NCBI GenBank assembly: GCA_964016885.1
Contig: OZ024741.1
Location: forward strand, 334,676,001 to 334,740,000
Direction: 5' to 3'
Length of the DNA: 64,000 nt
Source: Eledone cirrhosa
Taxonomy: Eukaryota
In this document: positions 12,835 to 27,778 of the stretch, one piece after another
Layout of the letters: each line of letters starts with the position of its first letter
Position numbering within the stretch: position 1 is the first letter of the stretch
Made by a program: the position numbers and the translations under genes
The notes under the pieces: generated by a model
Seen by the model: the letters and a program-made list of their open reading frames with translations, nothing else
Database searches by the model: none
Told to the model about the DNA's origin: nothing

Positions 12835-13850
12835 CTTCTCTCTCTGCCCTCTCCTTCTTATGGGAAAGTTTGAGTGCAGTTACAATTTCAAGCAGTGCCT
12901 GTTTCAGATAGTGTTCCTTCTTGTTCTGTTATGCATTTAACAGATTTGAGATCTTTGTTCTTCGTCTCATATGGATATTCCTGTCTGGGAATAAAATTAT
13001 TGTGTCTGTTGGCTTTTAGTTCTTAGAGAAACTTACAGCATATGGTTTATATTGTTGTCATGAAATGTTGAAAAAAATGCACGGTGACGTCTTGTGTGGA
13101 GATGTGCCAGTTTTTGTTCAGGATCTCTTCCTGAATCCTTTTCCAGTCAGCCTTGTGAAAGTTTAGACTGTATAGATACCTGGTGCTTCCTATTGGTTGT
13201 GTCTCTACTGACTCCCTTGGACCACATATCATTAGTTCTATTATTCTATGATCCATGAAAATCATTGATGTCACCTTTACATTGTGGATGAGCACAGCAT
13301 TATATATAAAGCTGAGATATTTTTACTTCTTGTTGGGGGAAGTACTACTTGTTCCATGAACTACCTGTTTGTGAGGTCCAGCAGGGTCTTTTGCTGTTTG
13401 AGTGCTGTCATACCTTGGAGGGGTGGCCCTCAGGCCAGTTGACCGTGGGTAGGTTAAAGTTTCCCAGCAGCAGTACGTTGTGACTCCTATCCAGTTTGCC
13501 AAGGACTTCTTTCATCTTATGAGGCTATCTTCAAACTTACCTTCATGACTAGGCTCATCTGGTAGCTGATATGTGACACATATTACCATTTTCAGTTGCT
13601 TTACATGTACTATCAGTATGTCACAGACTGAGTTGGAATGTGTCAACAGTACAATGACATCATCACGGATGTACAAAGCAACTCCACCATGAGTTCTGTC
13701 CTTCCTGTCAGTACGAAATACAGCATACTTTGGAATATGTATTTCCGCTTCTGCTCTACTAGTTTTCAGGTGTGTTTCAGTTAGTGCCATGCATATTGCT
13801 TGATTGCTTGTGGCTAGGTCTCTCACGTAGAGAAATTTACTCATGTTGGT
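12835..13850 (-). mobile_element. CR1/Jockey-group LINE endonuclease (APE) region, decayed
   Basis: ALTETHL, FRTDRKDRTHGGVALYIR, LLLGNFNLPTVNWPE, MDHRII, NFHKADW motifs. Confidence 0.85.
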
Positions 13851-14250
13851 GACTTTATATATACATATATCTATATGTCTGTGTATCAAAAGACATGCCT
13901 TCCCATGTGCACAGACTCAGACATACATATAGTAGGCAGCTTCTAACCACTATACCCCCCTTCCATACAACCCCACACCCTAACACCCACCTACCCTCTT
14001 CTGACCACACACCCCTTTACACCCTAAAGCTGTTGTGTAGGAGTCATGTATGTATATATGTATGTATGTATATGTATGTATATATGTATGTATATATGTA
14101 TATATATATACATATATGTATATGTTTGTATATATATGTATGTATACATGTATGTATGAGTATATATGCATATATATATGTACATATATATCATATATAC
14201 TTTAGAAAATACTATATATTTTCAACAATTCAAGTGATGGCAGAGAGGTA

Positions 14251-14294
14251 AACAGTCTTGACAAGGGCAATAACCCAGAAACATGTTGACTGTT
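14251..14294 (+). ncRNA. Minimal hammerhead motif, U3-A8 variant
   Basis: AACAGTC-TTGACAA-GGG caataa CCC-A-GAAA-C AT G-TT-GACTGTT; 7-bp stem I; one extra A before GAAA. Confidence 0.55.
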
Positions 14295-14436
14295 CCTTGA
14301 TGCCACTGCTAGAACAAATAGACGATGATGGTCATCAAAAAAACATAGTGTAATGAGGCTGTTTGCTTGCAAATGCATCGAATATTATTATTATTATTAG
14401 ATATAAAACTCATAAATATATTTATATGTATATGTA

Positions 14437-14835
14437 TATCATCATCATCATCATCATCATCATTTTATGTCTGCTTTTCCCTGCTTGCAAGGGTTGGACG
14501 GGTCCTGTTCAGCACAGCATCTCTCCACTTGTCACGGTCCTTCATCATCTCCACGGTGAGTTTCAGCGATCTGAGGTCTGGTCTCACCACCTCTGCCCAT
14601 GTATTTTGTGGTCTACCTCTACTGTATCCTTAACACTTTTGTTTTAGCTAGGTTCACTCTCAGTCCTCTTGATTCCAACTGCTGTTTCCATAGCCAGAAT
14701 TTATTCTCTAGCTCCTCTACCGATTCTGCTATAAGAACCAGATCATCAGCATAGAGAAGTTCCCATGGACAGCCAGTCTTAAACTCCTCTGTTATGGCTT
14801 GGAGGACTATAATGAACAAGAGCGGGCTGAGGACC
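14437..14835 (-). mobile_element. RTE LINE RT fragment joined by internal deletion to its 3' end
   Basis: FIIVLQAITEEFKTGCPWELLYADDLVLIAE (YADD catalytic motif), then ..TWAEVVRPDL..DRDKWR and a (GAT)n tail. Confidence 0.9.
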
Positions 14836-14836
14836 G

Positions 14837-14870
<34 letters not shown>

Positions 14871-15162
14871 GTAAGGATGTTGGACTTAAAATCACAATGT
14901 TGTGGGTTGTGTGTTGTGTTCTTGAGTAAAACAATAATTTCATGTTGTTCCAGGGGAAAGACTTGTACTTTCAGTCACTTCATGCCATGGAAACCAGGAT
15001 CAGCCCTGGCCTGATGAGCCCCCAAGCTCGAGACAGACTTTATCCTTTTTTAGATATATATGTGTATATATATATATAATATATGTATTTCAATTCATGC
15101 CAGCATGGAAAAACCAACATTAAATGATATTGATACTAATATGATAATATATCATCATTATC

Positions 15163-15195
<33 letters not shown>

Positions 15196-15261
15196 TCCAT
15201 AAGGCCTCGACAAAAAGCTTTAATCCACCAGTCATGATGATTTTCTCCAAGTGCACACTAT

Positions 15262-15305
15262 AATGCCTGATGATCCTGTGAGTGCGCAGGTGAAACCTCA
15301 GATTA
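15262..15305 (+). ncRNA. Hammerhead-like motif (core and stem II intact, stems I/III poor)
   Basis: CTGATGA-T-CCTGTG agtg CGCAGG-T-GAAAC; related sequence at 42270-42310. Confidence 0.4.
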
Positions 15306-15878
15306 AAAAGGCTAACCACTAAGCCATAATTAATGAATAATTAAACTCTATATTTAAACAGATATGTTACTGTGTCACTTGTTACTGTCTTATATGCACT
15401 GGAGTGAGAGGTATCGACTTCAATGCTTTGAAATCACAAGGACCTTCAGTGGTCAACTGATGAGTAAGGAATACCCTGTACATTGTCTTTTTACGTTGTC
15501 TTCGTCCACCTTTTTTTTAAATCAATAATATGATAATAATAATAATAATGAAATTTATTGTGTACAGTGTCCAGGTTCACTACAACGAAAATAGTTGTAG
15601 AATTGCAAAAATAAGCAAAATAAATATTTTCCAAGCAGCAGGTAGGCCATAGTGAGAGCACGGATTCTTAACCAATAGAACACTTTGGAAGCTCTCTCTC
15701 TCTCTCTCTCTCTCTGTGTGTATATATATATATATATATTGATCAGGATAGAACCAGTTTAAAACTAGTTAGATTGTTATTCAACACAGTATTCGATACT
15801 TGGGGTAGTAGAGTATGGGTGATTTATAAAGAGTCAGGACCTGATGGGTGAGCTCTTGCTGGTTTAACTGTTAGTTCA

Positions 15879-15929
<51 letters not shown>

Positions 15930-16974
15930 GGGGGGATAAGTTGAAAATGCAATTGGAATCTTTAAGAAGGTTTATTTACAATTATTTATAACTGTACCGG
16001 TTTCACAAATTTCAGGATTTTCAAAAGTTAAGAAGGATGGAGAGATGTGTAGCTATGCCGACTTGTAACTTGCATCTGGTGTATTATGATTCGTTAACTG
16101 AATTGTTTCCCCTCATCACGCTGTTCACTTTGCCTGTCTTAAAGACAATGAGCAAGGGGTCGATATAATTGACTAAAAACTACTGAAGACATTGCCCCAG
16201 CATGACTGCGGCCCAATGACTGAAATGAAAGAATTAAAAGAAAATAGATTCTTCAAAAATCCTTTATTACACAAATTTTTGGCAAATAGGAAAAAGTCAT
16301 TTTATTTTTTGGTTTATATAATTTTCTTTCTTTTTTTTAAGATTCTCCTTATCTTTTCCATGTTCCCATCTTTTTACCCACACGCCCACCCCTTTTTTGT
16401 CCCTAGTGCCTTTCATTTTATTTATTTATTCATTATTTCCTGAAATCATACTTCAAACACTGCTTTCATTATACCTCATTGGCTAAAAACGCAAAAATAA
16501 AGCCCCACATCCCCTCTTTTTTCCTTTCCTCTTTTACTCCCCCTCTTTTAAAGCGAACCAAGTAATATTATGACAAACATTTTTTTTAAAAACCTAATAA
16601 ATAATTTAAAAGACAGCCAGTCAATCATAGTCACACATTTAATATTGCCACTAATAAATTGATAGCCATGAACAGTCATGCATCATTTAGTCCTTTAATT
16701 TTACTGATACCTAATCAAAACCGAATGTTCATGCATTTATAATGAGAGGTAATTTTTTTTCTCTTTCTCTCCTCATCCCATCGTTATTTTAGATGCCTCA
16801 GCTGCTAATTTTTACTAAATCTTTAATCTATCGAAATAAATTCTTCGATTACTGATGAAATCTAAAATCTAAATGATTATATAATAATAAAATACTATAT
16901 TTTATTTTTTATTTTATTTTATTTTCTAATTATTTTTAAAATTATATTTTTAATTATTTTTAAATTATTTTTTT

Positions 16975-17580
16975 CAACCTTTTCGTTATCATATCTAATG
17001 AAAGACCACTGTCTATGATTTTCAAAAAATATTTGGAAATATTCAAGAATTTTGAGATTTAGTAATATAACTAAATTTCTCATTTATTTTTTTATATTGT
17101 TCTAATTATCTTTCATATTATATTTTTAATTATATTAAAATTATTTTAAAATAATTTTTTTCAATCTTTTCGTTACCATATTTCTAATGAAAATCACTGC
17201 CTATCACTTTTGAAAAATATGTTTAAATATTCAAGAATTTTGAGAGGTTTAGTAATATAACTAAATTTCTCATTTTTTATATTGTTCTAATTATTTTTTC
17301 AATTACATTTTAAATTATTAAAAAATTATTTTTTTAAAACACTTTTGTTACCATATTTCTAATACCCCTGCCTCTCATCTTAGAAAGATTTTTTTAAATA
17401 TTCAAGAATTTTGAAAGATTTAGTAGTAATATAACTAACTTTCTCATTATTTATCTGGAGTTCAGAAAAAAATGGCTTCTGCGTAAAATTAAGATGGAAG
17501 ATTTTTATATAAAAATATAACATTTTAAATAAACTGTTATGTATCATAAAACCAGGGGCAGTTTGGAGTCAAAAGGTTAA
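16975..17580 (+). repeat. Three ~185-bp tandem copies of one end of the TTAA-MITE family 2, ending in its other terminus
   Basis: gtta(c/t)catat..ctaat..aatattcaagaattttga..ttagtaatataactaa recurs at ~16982, ~17169, ~17345; ends AAAAGG|TTAA. Confidence 0.75.
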
Positions 17581-17656
17581 TTTTTGTTTATTTTTTAATT
17601 ATTATTTTTTTTTTCTGTGGAGAAACAGATCAGGAAGGAAGTTTCAATCTTTATAT

Positions 17657-17789
<133 letters not shown>

Positions 17790-19467
17790 AGAGAAAGAGA
17801 AAGAGAAAGATGGAAAAAGAGAGAAAGCGATGAAGAAAGAGAAAGAGGAACAAAGTGGGAAGATGAGAGAGGGAGAGAAAGTGTGATAAAAGGGAAGGAA
17901 AGGGAAGGAGAGAGAAACAGAGAGAGAGAAAGAATGGAAAGAAGTGAGAGTATTGTCCACCATTAGCATTAAGTTTCTTCTGCTCCTCACAGAAAGTCTT
18001 TTATTTTTTTGTTTTTATTTTAATTTTTTGTTTTGTTTTACTTCTCATTCTCTGAACAGAGAAAGAAACTGCAGTGTTTCTGTGCATTAGCAATATTGTC
18101 AATCAAGTGAAGCCATCAAGAAATTGCTACTTGTTATTGTAAGAAGATGTTGCTGCAAAGATGTTGTGTAGCTGTATAGAGTTTTGTGCTGTGCTGACCT
18201 CGTGCCATCTTTCTGGTCATTAAATTGATGGAGAATGGTTTGAAAGCAATGGAGAGTGTGTAATTGGAGGAAGAGAAGTAAAAAGCCACAAGAGTGGCAG
18301 GTTTCAGGAAAATTAAACATCTAGTCAATATGTATCAACTTTCTTTCACTCTTCTATAAATCTTAAAAGTCTGTTGTTACACTTTTACTTAATAACATAG
18401 AAGCACATGCACACCAAGCAAACATATACATACACATGCACACATATACGTATACATGCAAACATACACACATACAAACATACACACATAAATACATACA
18501 CATACAAACATATATACATAAATATACTTGCAAACATATATATACATACATACATGCAAACATACACTCATACATACACATGCAAACATACATATACATG
18601 CAAACATACACACATACATTCACAAGCATACACACATGCAAACATACACACATACATACATAAACATGCAATCATAAATACACAGATACACTTACAAACA
18701 TATATACATACACATACAAACATACACACATACACTCTTCTATATATCTTAAAAGTATGTTACACTTTTACTTAATGATGAAAAAAGCACATACACCAAG
18801 CAAACACACATACAAACATATATACGCATGCAACCTCTCATACATACACATGCAAACATACACATATACATAGACAAGCAAACACACTTGCAAACATATA
18901 CATTCACACATACACACAAACCTATACACATATTCACATACATATATATGTATGCACTTACTTAATATAAAAGCGCATACACATACATACACATGCAAAC
19001 ATATACACACATGAAAATATATACATTCACATGAACATATAATAATAATTGTTTCTACTTTTGTTACAAGGCCAGCAATTACCCAGTGTATTACTGGTAC
19101 TTTATTTTATCAATCCTGTAAGGATGAAAGGCAAAGTTAACCTCGGCGGGATTTGAATTCAGACGGTAAAGGGACGTAACTCTATGCTGAAAAGCATGGC
19201 GTCCGACCGTCTAGTGATACTGCGAATGCACATATAGTAATAATTATAATAATAATGAAAATTATTATGTACAGTGCTCAGGTGCAATACAACTCATCAA
19301 AGGTGCATGTATAGTACATAGAATAATGTAGAAATCTCAGGAATATTGATAATATAAAAGCACATATACAAGCAAGCACACATGCAAATAATGTGTATAT
19401 AGATATATATATATACAAGCAAGCACACATGCAAATAATGCGTATATATATATATATATATATATAT

Positions 19468-19580
19468 AACAAAGGAATTGTGGTAAGGAACCAGATGGAC
19501 CATAACGCACCAGAGTACTCAATACTTAGGGTTGTGGAGTGGGAAATAGGAAAAAGTATGACCCCGACGGCAGAGCCTTT
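19468..19580 (-). mobile_element. Short (TA)n-inserted tail family carrying the 3' half of an HHR (other copies ~15745-15870, 30300-30448, 58652-58850)
   Basis: Shared gaccataacg.accagagtactcaatactta..gagtggg.aatagga; each copy lies between TA tracts. Confidence 0.75.
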
Positions 19581-19584
19581 TTCC

Positions 19585-19630
<46 letters not shown>

Positions 19631-19790
19631 CATGGAATGCAGAAGCTAAACATACACATTATTCAAAGATAGAAAGTCACATAGATACAGATGTAAATGC
19701 ATGCATACACACACATATACTCACTCACACGCACATACATAAGCATGAAAACATGCACACATACATGCATGCACTTAGAAACAATAGAAA

Positions 19791-20310
19791 CATCATCATC
19801 ATCATCATCATCATGTCTATCTTCCACGCTAGCATGGGTTTAAACGGGAATTGTCCCACTCGAGGCAAGATTGGTTGTCTTGCTCGTATAGGACTGTGTG
19901 GCAGGTTTTCTACGGCTGGATGCCCTTCCTAACAGTGAGTGAGAGGATAGTGTAGGGGTAGTGGATTGTGGTGTATATTTGGTTAAGAGGTGCCTACTGA
20001 CTGTAGGTTTCGCTTTGTACTTAGGCAAGGCAGGTCTTCTGTATTACTGCGTGGCGCCAAAGATCTGAGTCCAGTGACATTGTCTTAGAGAGGTGTAAGT
20101 GTGTAAGGTCAGAATTTATCAAATCTTCCCAGGTTTTTCTGGGTCTGCCTACTCTGTAGCTTCATTCAATTTTGATCGCCCTGCACTTTTTTATACAGCT
20201 GTCGTCTTTCATGCGCATCACGTGACCATACCAACGTAGTCTTCTCTCGAGTAAACAGCATCTGATCCCTCTTATACCTAATTTCTCACTTAGTTCATTT
20301 ATGCTTTGCT
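19791..20310 (-). mobile_element. RTE LINE 3' end
   Basis: LRWYGHVMRMKDDSCIKKCRA..GRPRKTWEDL; 3'UTR with ggaagggcatccagccgtagaaa and (GAT)n. Confidence 0.85.
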
Positions 20311-20339
20311 GTTAAATTCAAACATATACTAAAACTGAC

Positions 20340-21000
20340 ACTCATACATACACACATACACTCAGACCTGCACACACACATTCACACACACATACACACA
20401 CACCCAGGTACCTATACACACATTAAAAGAATTTTCACAAATATCTTGACATATACACACTCACACACATACATACTCACACACATACACATTCACACAT
20501 ACACACACTCACATGCAGATGCACTCACACGCATACACACTCACACACACACACTCACATGCATACACACTCACACACACACACACACTCACATGCATAC
20601 ACACTCACACACATACACACACACTCACACACATACACACTCACACACACTCACACACACTCACATGCAGACACACTCACGCGCATACACACTCACAAAC
20701 ACACACACACACTCACATGCATACACACTCACATGCATACACACTCACACACACACTCACATGCAGACACACTCACACACATACACACTCACACACATAC
20801 ACACTCACACGCATACACACTCACATGCACACACACTCACACACATACACACTCACATGCATACACAGTCACACACCCACTCACATGCAGACACACTCAC
20901 ACGCATACACACTTGCATGCATACATACTCACATGCATACACACTCACATACATACATACTCACATGAATACATACGCATACATAATTAAAATACACACA
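20340..21000. repeat. CA-rich compound microsatellite/minisatellite
   Basis: Reiterated cacactcacatgca/cacatac units. Confidence 0.9.
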
Positions 21001-21476
21001 TACCCATATATATAGATATTTATGAGTGTGTGTATTTTAATTTTTTATGTTCAAGTGTGTGTATTTGTGTGCATGTGTGTGTGTCTCTCTTGTTTAACTA
21101 TGTCAATGTGTGTGTGTGTGCGTGCTTGTGTGCATGTGTATGTGAGCAGATATAAACAGGTGGGTGTGTGTGTGTGTGTGTGTGTGAATATGTGTATGTG
21201 TTTTACGTATAAGCTTCGAATATGTATAAGCTGGAAATATAAACATACAGATATTTATGGGTATGTCTGCATGCCCACACATATAACTGTTTATATCTTT
21301 AAATCTGTACACGCACACACACACCTGTTTATATCTGCATAAAAAAACACATGTACATACACACACATACATAAAAGTTATACAAACATATATTTATATT
21401 CCTACACACATTCACACACACATATGTATATTCAATACTTGGTTAACTTACAAAGCTTTGGGAAATTTGCAATTTG

Positions 21477-21890
21477 AAAATATAGTCACCACAGTGCAGA
21501 TAACTAAAATAATAGTTAGTAAATGTAGACAAGTTGAGATGGCTTCCAGGTGTCTTTGATGCCACATTTTCTGTCCCCATGGCTACTTTAATTGATTATT
21601 GAACTATTATCAATCAATCATTGATCGACAAGACCCCAGAGATCATTCATTTAGTAAGTGGGGTGGAGCTCATCAAATTGGACCTAGGAAACAATGTTTC
21701 CATTGGTCTTTCCAATTGTTGCTACTATCTATCAACTCCTAGCAGAAGGAGCAATGTGAAATAAAGTGACTTGCTCAAGGACATAACACATCTTCTGATT
21801 TGGGAATTGAACTCGCAACTTTACAATTGTGAATCCAATTATCTATCCACAATATATTGTAGGTATCTGCAATGTGGTGACTATATTTTT
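21477..21890. mobile_element. MITE-like element with 26-bp inverted termini, containing a SINE fragment
   Basis: aaaatatagtcaccacagtgcagata vs tatctgcaatgtggtgactatatttt (1 mismatch). Confidence 0.65.
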
Positions 21891-23209
21891 TAATATGTAT
21901 ATTCCTACACACACACGTGCATGCACACATGCACACGTGCACACAGATACACACACAGACGCGCACACATGCACACATACGCACACACACACACATGTAC
22001 ACACACACACAGGCATAAGATCACACCGATAGACAAAAGTACTGTTTCACTTAATTTCTGGCATCTCCAGAGCTGCTCTAGCTGATTTATTGAACTATTA
22101 TCTATAGTTAATTATTATTGTAGTTAGCTGCAACGTGGCTACTATATTTTCAGAACAAACTGACAGACAAAAGTACTGTTTCACTTAATTTAATTAGTTT
22201 GGCTATAATTGATTCCAAATAGAAATTAGTTATATTAAAGTACATCACCGATTCTTTAATTAGTTGACAATTTTAACGGACTGGGAGAGCAAGTGGGTGA
22301 GTGGGGTGGGGTGGGGGTGATGATGAGAATTGTGAACAGAAAAAAAGATAAATTAAATTAAAATAGAAAATGAACATTAAAAAACAAAATAGAAAATACA
22401 TTCATACAACAATAAAATAAATTACAAATAATGCTAAAAAATTTTTTTTTTTAAAACACACACACACTAGTTCATTCCTTTCACACACACTAACTCTTTC
22501 CTCACATACACACACATACATACTAACTCTTTCCTTTCTCACACACTAACATACACAGACACACATATACTATCACACACTACTAACCCTTCCCCCCTCT
22601 CTCTCTCTCTTTCTTTCACACACTAACCCATCCCTCTCACACATACTAACCCTTTCCTGTCACACACACACTAGTTCTTTCCTCTCATACACCACATACT
22701 CCCTACAATCTCACAGCTTCTATTCTATAACCCTCCAAGACCCTCCTCTGTCAGCTCAGCTCACTATATCGGCCTCCTCCTCCTTGTTTCTTTGTCACCC
22801 TTGTCACCCCTTGTCACCCCTGTCACACATCACCACCCCACCAAACCCCACCACACCCTACATCACCCTACCGTGTTAGAAATATCGACAACAAAACACC
22901 AAGCCAGTAAACTGGCCGGCTTAATGATGGCTTTACAGTAAAGATACATGTTACACACAGAGAACGGAGAAGAAAGCGGCAGTGTTTTAATAAAAGAGCA
23001 TGCAACATTAAAAAAATACAAGCAATTGATTTATTAATAATATTTAAAAACAATAATAATAATAATATGAATAATTATCATTCACGACAATGATAACCAT
23101 AATAATGATAATGATGATGATATTAATTATAAACGACAATAACAAAAGTAATGAAAATCATAAACAGTAACAATAATAATATTTGCAAACAACAATAATC
23201 ATAATAACA

Positions 23210-23259
<50 letters not shown>

Positions 23260-23911
23260 TGTAGTAATCCTAAAGAAATCAATTGTAAAGTTGCCATAAA
23301 GCTAATGATTAATTTTCAAATAGAAAGTTCCACTTTTGAAAATTAATTTCTTTAGCCAGCAATGTGACCGTTTTGTTTGATGAACTGAATAAAGAGCAGT
23401 ATTAGTTTTTCACTCCGGTATTTCTCATCAAACTGATATTTTCTGAAGCAAGATGATTTCATTTGATTGCCTCAGGGGTGCCAGATGAATGACAGGACAG
23501 GTTACATAGACTGTGGCGGGGTTAAAGAGGTTTGGTTGATGATTGAGAGATATATAAAAAAAGGACATTTTATATATATATATATATATAAAATATTAAA
23601 AAAATAATGAATAAAACAATGAAACAGTTCCTTATATTAAACAAAAAAAGTTCATTATTTAACGATCGTTTCTAGGATATATATGTGTTAGAATTGGCAT
23701 GCATATTCAACAGATCTATGTACAAAATTATACAAAATTATACAAACTATCAAAATTAAATATACATACCAAACACACATATATGCCGTCTTCAGAAATA
23801 ATTATCTACATATATATATATATATATATATATGTAAAAGGTAAATGGAAATAATAAGAATAACAAAACAAATGGCACAGTACATAGAAGAAGTATATTA
23901 GTTTAACGCTT

Positions 23912-23950
23912 GAAATAACGTTCTGGACACTAGTCCTTCATCAGGAGATA
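23912..23950 (-). ncRNA. Decayed minimal hammerhead (same family as 36327)
   Basis: CTGATGA-A-GGAC tagt GTCC-AGAACGTTA; GAAA box mutated. Confidence 0.45.
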
Positions 23951-24789
23951 GAGTTAGAAATAGAAGATAAATAGAAAGTAAAGAGTGGTGAGAGGAACGA
24001 ATGGAGAAAATGGAAAAAAAATTTGGAAGAAAAAAAAACACTTGTGCATATTCAGTTGGCCATCTTGGATAGTATTAATGATTTCATAAAGATATCCAAG
24101 GTGTAGAGCACTGAGTCCATCAGACGAGTTTTAATACAATCCCGCCGAGGTTTACTTTGCCTTTCATCCTTACGGGCTCGATAAAATAAAGTACCAGTAA
24201 TGCACTGGGTAATTGCTGGCCTTGTGCCAAAAGTAGAAACAATTATTAAATACAATACTATAAACAACACGGATGAATGTGATATGTCTTCATTGTAGTA
24301 TTGAATTTAATTATATATATATGTATTCATCCATACACATATATTGTTTCAGCTGAAAATGTACAGTTAAATAAGACAGACAGCTGCAGCATCACCTCAT
24401 CAGTCACTTTACTAGCATGCAATTTTGTGTGCATTGGGGGGGTATTGCACTTGAAATGCCCCACACTTCCACCTCTATTTTCTGTTGGTGACCTGATTCT
24501 CTCTGTTACTGTCCTACCCAATCCCCTCTATTTTGGGGATCCTTTTTATTTTTTGGTTATTCATTTATTCAACATAGTCAAATGGTTAAGAAGTTTGCTT
24601 TGCATCCATGAGGTTCCAAACTCGGTCCTAGTGTCCTTAGGCAAGTGTTTCTTATCATTGCCACAAGTAAGCCAAAGTTTCATGTGTGGAACTGGATTGA
24701 CAGAAATAGAGTGGAAGTCCCTCAAATGGACTACTTGTAATTCTGAAAGCCAGCCATGTCCCACACGCACAAACTATGCCCAACTGTTA

Positions 24790-25942
24790 GATTTGCCTTT
24801 CATGGTCGATAAAATAAAGTACCAGTGATGCACTGGTGTTGATTTAATTGATTTTACCTTCCCCAAAAAATGTTGGCTTTGTGCCTAAATCAGTATCGGT
24901 AGAGGGTCGGACGCCATGCTTTGTAGCAGTTACATCCCTTTACAGACTGAGTTCAAATCCCGCCGAGGTTAACTTTGCCTTTCATCCTTACAGGGTCGAT
25001 AAAATAAAGTACCAGTAATACACTGGGAAAATTGTTGGCCTTGTGCCAAAAAGTAGAAACAATTATTATTAATATTATTACGACAGTGAGTGTGGTGGAT
25101 TGGCAGTATCGGTAGAGCGTCGGATAAAATGCTTTATGGCATGGAATTACGGCTCTTTACATTCTGAGTTCAAATCCCACCAAAGTTAGCTTTGCCTTTC
25201 ATCTTTATGGGGGTCAATGAAATAAAGTACCAGTCAAGTACTGGGGTTGATTTAATTGGCTTTCCCATACCCTTAAATTATTGGCTTTGTGCTTAAATCA
25301 CACACCATTCAAGTACCAGTAATGCACTGGAGTCAATTTAATCGACTTTCTCCTGCCTCCAAATTGTTGGCCTTGTACCTAAATCAGAAACACGGTGGTT
25401 TGACAGTATCAGTAGAGCGTCAGACACCATGCTTTGAAGCATAGAGTTATGGCCCTTTACGTCCTGAGTTTAAATCTCGCCAAGGTTAACTTTGCCTTTC
25501 ATCCATAAGGGGTCAATAAAATAAAGTACCAGTAATGCTCTGCGGTAATTGCTGGCCTTGTGCCAAAAGTAGAAACATTATTATTATCAGAGATGTTAGA
25601 GTGTTGGACAATATGCTTTGCAGGTTCTGACTCTTTACATGAAGCATGGACAACCTTATTGGAGCAGCGGGCCACATAGGATGTGGCTCATCATAAGGCT
25701 AAAAGATTCAAGGCAATTTTGAAATTTGGTGTGCCATCCAGAAAGCCACATGGGGTTTGCAGGCCACAGTTTGTCCATGACTGCTTTACATTCTGAGTTC
25801 AAATCCTGCTGAGGTTTGTTGTTGCCTTTTGTATGTAGTGGGTCTATAAAATAAAGTACCAGTAATGCACTGGTTCGATTTAATTGACTTTCCTGTAGGT
25901 CTTAAAAATTGTTGTCCTTGTTCCAAATGTAGAAGCAATTAT
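24790..25942 (+). mobile_element. Head-to-tail pile of about six family-A tRNA-SINE copies or fragments (central domain resembles Meta/MESC-type SINE cores)
   Basis: A-box-like TGGCAGTATCGGTAGAG, B-box GAGTTCAAATCC, core GCCTTTCATCC..GGTCGATAAAATAAAGTACCAG, (ATT)n tails. Further copies at ~9755, 19045, 24140, 37703, 38140, 38744, 40633, 43788-44050, 48600, 48903, 49205, 49466. Confidence 0.9.
25641..25783. mobile_element. hAT-type MITE inserted in a SINE
   Basis: Exact 8-bp TSD CTTTACAT (25633-40 and 25784-91); termini ..gcatggacaa / ttgtccatgactg. Confidence 0.8.
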
Positions 25943-26215
25943 AGTTATTGATTTCTGTTATACCAAAGTTCTAAAATGACCCTATTGAAGTTAGATGGAA
26001 AAAAAAAATTACAAAACAAAAAGCCCCCTAAGTAAAAACAAAATAAAATTGCCTTAAATTTAATTATCAAAACATTTTGTCTGTTTGTATATTTTATATC
26101 TATGTGTGTTTGTACGTGAGGAGTAAGTTTACATTTCTGCCTCGTTTCTCTCTCCATCTATTTAATTTCGGTAAATGATGTCGATGAAATCAAATGTTGA
26201 GTTCCATCTTCACGT

Positions 26216-26248
<33 letters not shown>

Positions 26249-26459
26249 CTTCACCATGTGTGACAATTAATCAGCCTTTTCTCAGCTCCAGCACACATTC
26301 CAAATATATACGGTAACTGGTGTAGGAAAACAACATATACAGTCCATTTCTCTCTCTCTCTCTCTCTCTCCCACTCTCTCTACCTCTCCCCTTCTCTATT
26401 TCCCTCCCCATCTCTCTACCCCTCCCTCTCTCTATCTCCCTCTCTCTTATTGACATGGC

Positions 26460-26825
26460 ACGACACTCACAGAACCAAAGACACACACGCATACAAACAT
26501 ACATACATAGAACCAAAGCACACACACAGACACAGAACCAAAGTCACACACAGTACAAAAGACACATGCACACACACACACAAAACCAAACACACACACA
26601 CACACACACACACAGAACCAAAGACACACACGCACACACACACACATACACAGAACCAAAGACACACACTCACACATAAAACCAGACACACACACACATA
26701 CACAGAACCAAAGACACACACGCACACACACATACACAGAACCAAACACGCACTGACACACACAGAACCAAAGACACTCACACATAAAACCAGATACACA
26801 CACACATACACAGAACCAAAGACAC

Positions 26826-26863
<38 letters not shown>

Positions 26864-27075
26864 CCAAACACACACTCACACATACAGAACCAAAGACACA
26901 CACACATAAAACCAGACATACACACACATACACAGAACCAAAGACACACACGCACACACACACACATACACACACAGAACCAAACACACTCACACATACA
27001 GAACGAAAGACACTCACATAAAACCAGACACACACACACAGAACCAAAGACACACACACACAGAACCAAAGACAT
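26460..27075. repeat. Minisatellite: CAGAACCAAA(GA) motif punctuating (CA)n
   Basis: Motif recurs every ~25-45 bp. Confidence 0.9.
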
Positions 27076-27200
27076 CACACCGCTGCCATATAACTGCAGC
27101 AGTAAGGAAACAGTTCCACACTAGAATACGCAGCTCTTTGGAAAACATAACAGAAAACAGTTCTACTTCTCTCTCTGTACCCTGTCCCTCTCTGTTTGTT

Positions 27201-27255
<55 letters not shown>

Positions 27256-27402
27256 TCGATCTATCTAACCCTGTTCCCCTCCCCCTCTCTCTTTCTCTCT
27301 CCCTCTCTCTGTTTTGGTCTATCTCTCTTTGTCACTGCCGTTTTCTGTTTTTTTTCTTCAGACTCTCCGTCTCTCTCTCCCTCCGGTTCCATCCACCTAT
27401 TC

Positions 27403-27442
<40 letters not shown>

Positions 27443-27492
27443 TTCTCTGTCCTCTTTCTCTTTTTCTCTCTCTCTCACACACACCCACACAT

Positions 27493-27531
<39 letters not shown>

Positions 27532-27718
27532 AGCTTTCTGCTTTTAACTTTCTCTCACTATCTCTCTCTTCCTGTTCCTTTCCGTCCCCACCTCACTCTT
27601 CCTTAACTTTCACTTTCGTCTCATCTTCACCGCTACCTTCTACTGTCTCACTCTCTCTTTCACACACACATACACAAATGACAATATCAAAATCACCTTT
27701 CTCCTCTACCCACTCCCT

Positions 27719-27778
<60 letters not shown>

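Noticed and set aside
15005-15040. CTGATGAG hammerhead candidate (also 15457 and 16851)
   Set aside because: No correctly placed GAAA, stem III or stem I; compatible with chance or SINE tail sequence
15990-16030. Fourth U3-A8 hammerhead on - (TTGAAAA..GAAACCGGTA)
   Set aside because: Stem III palindrome is present but stems I and II do not pair convincingly
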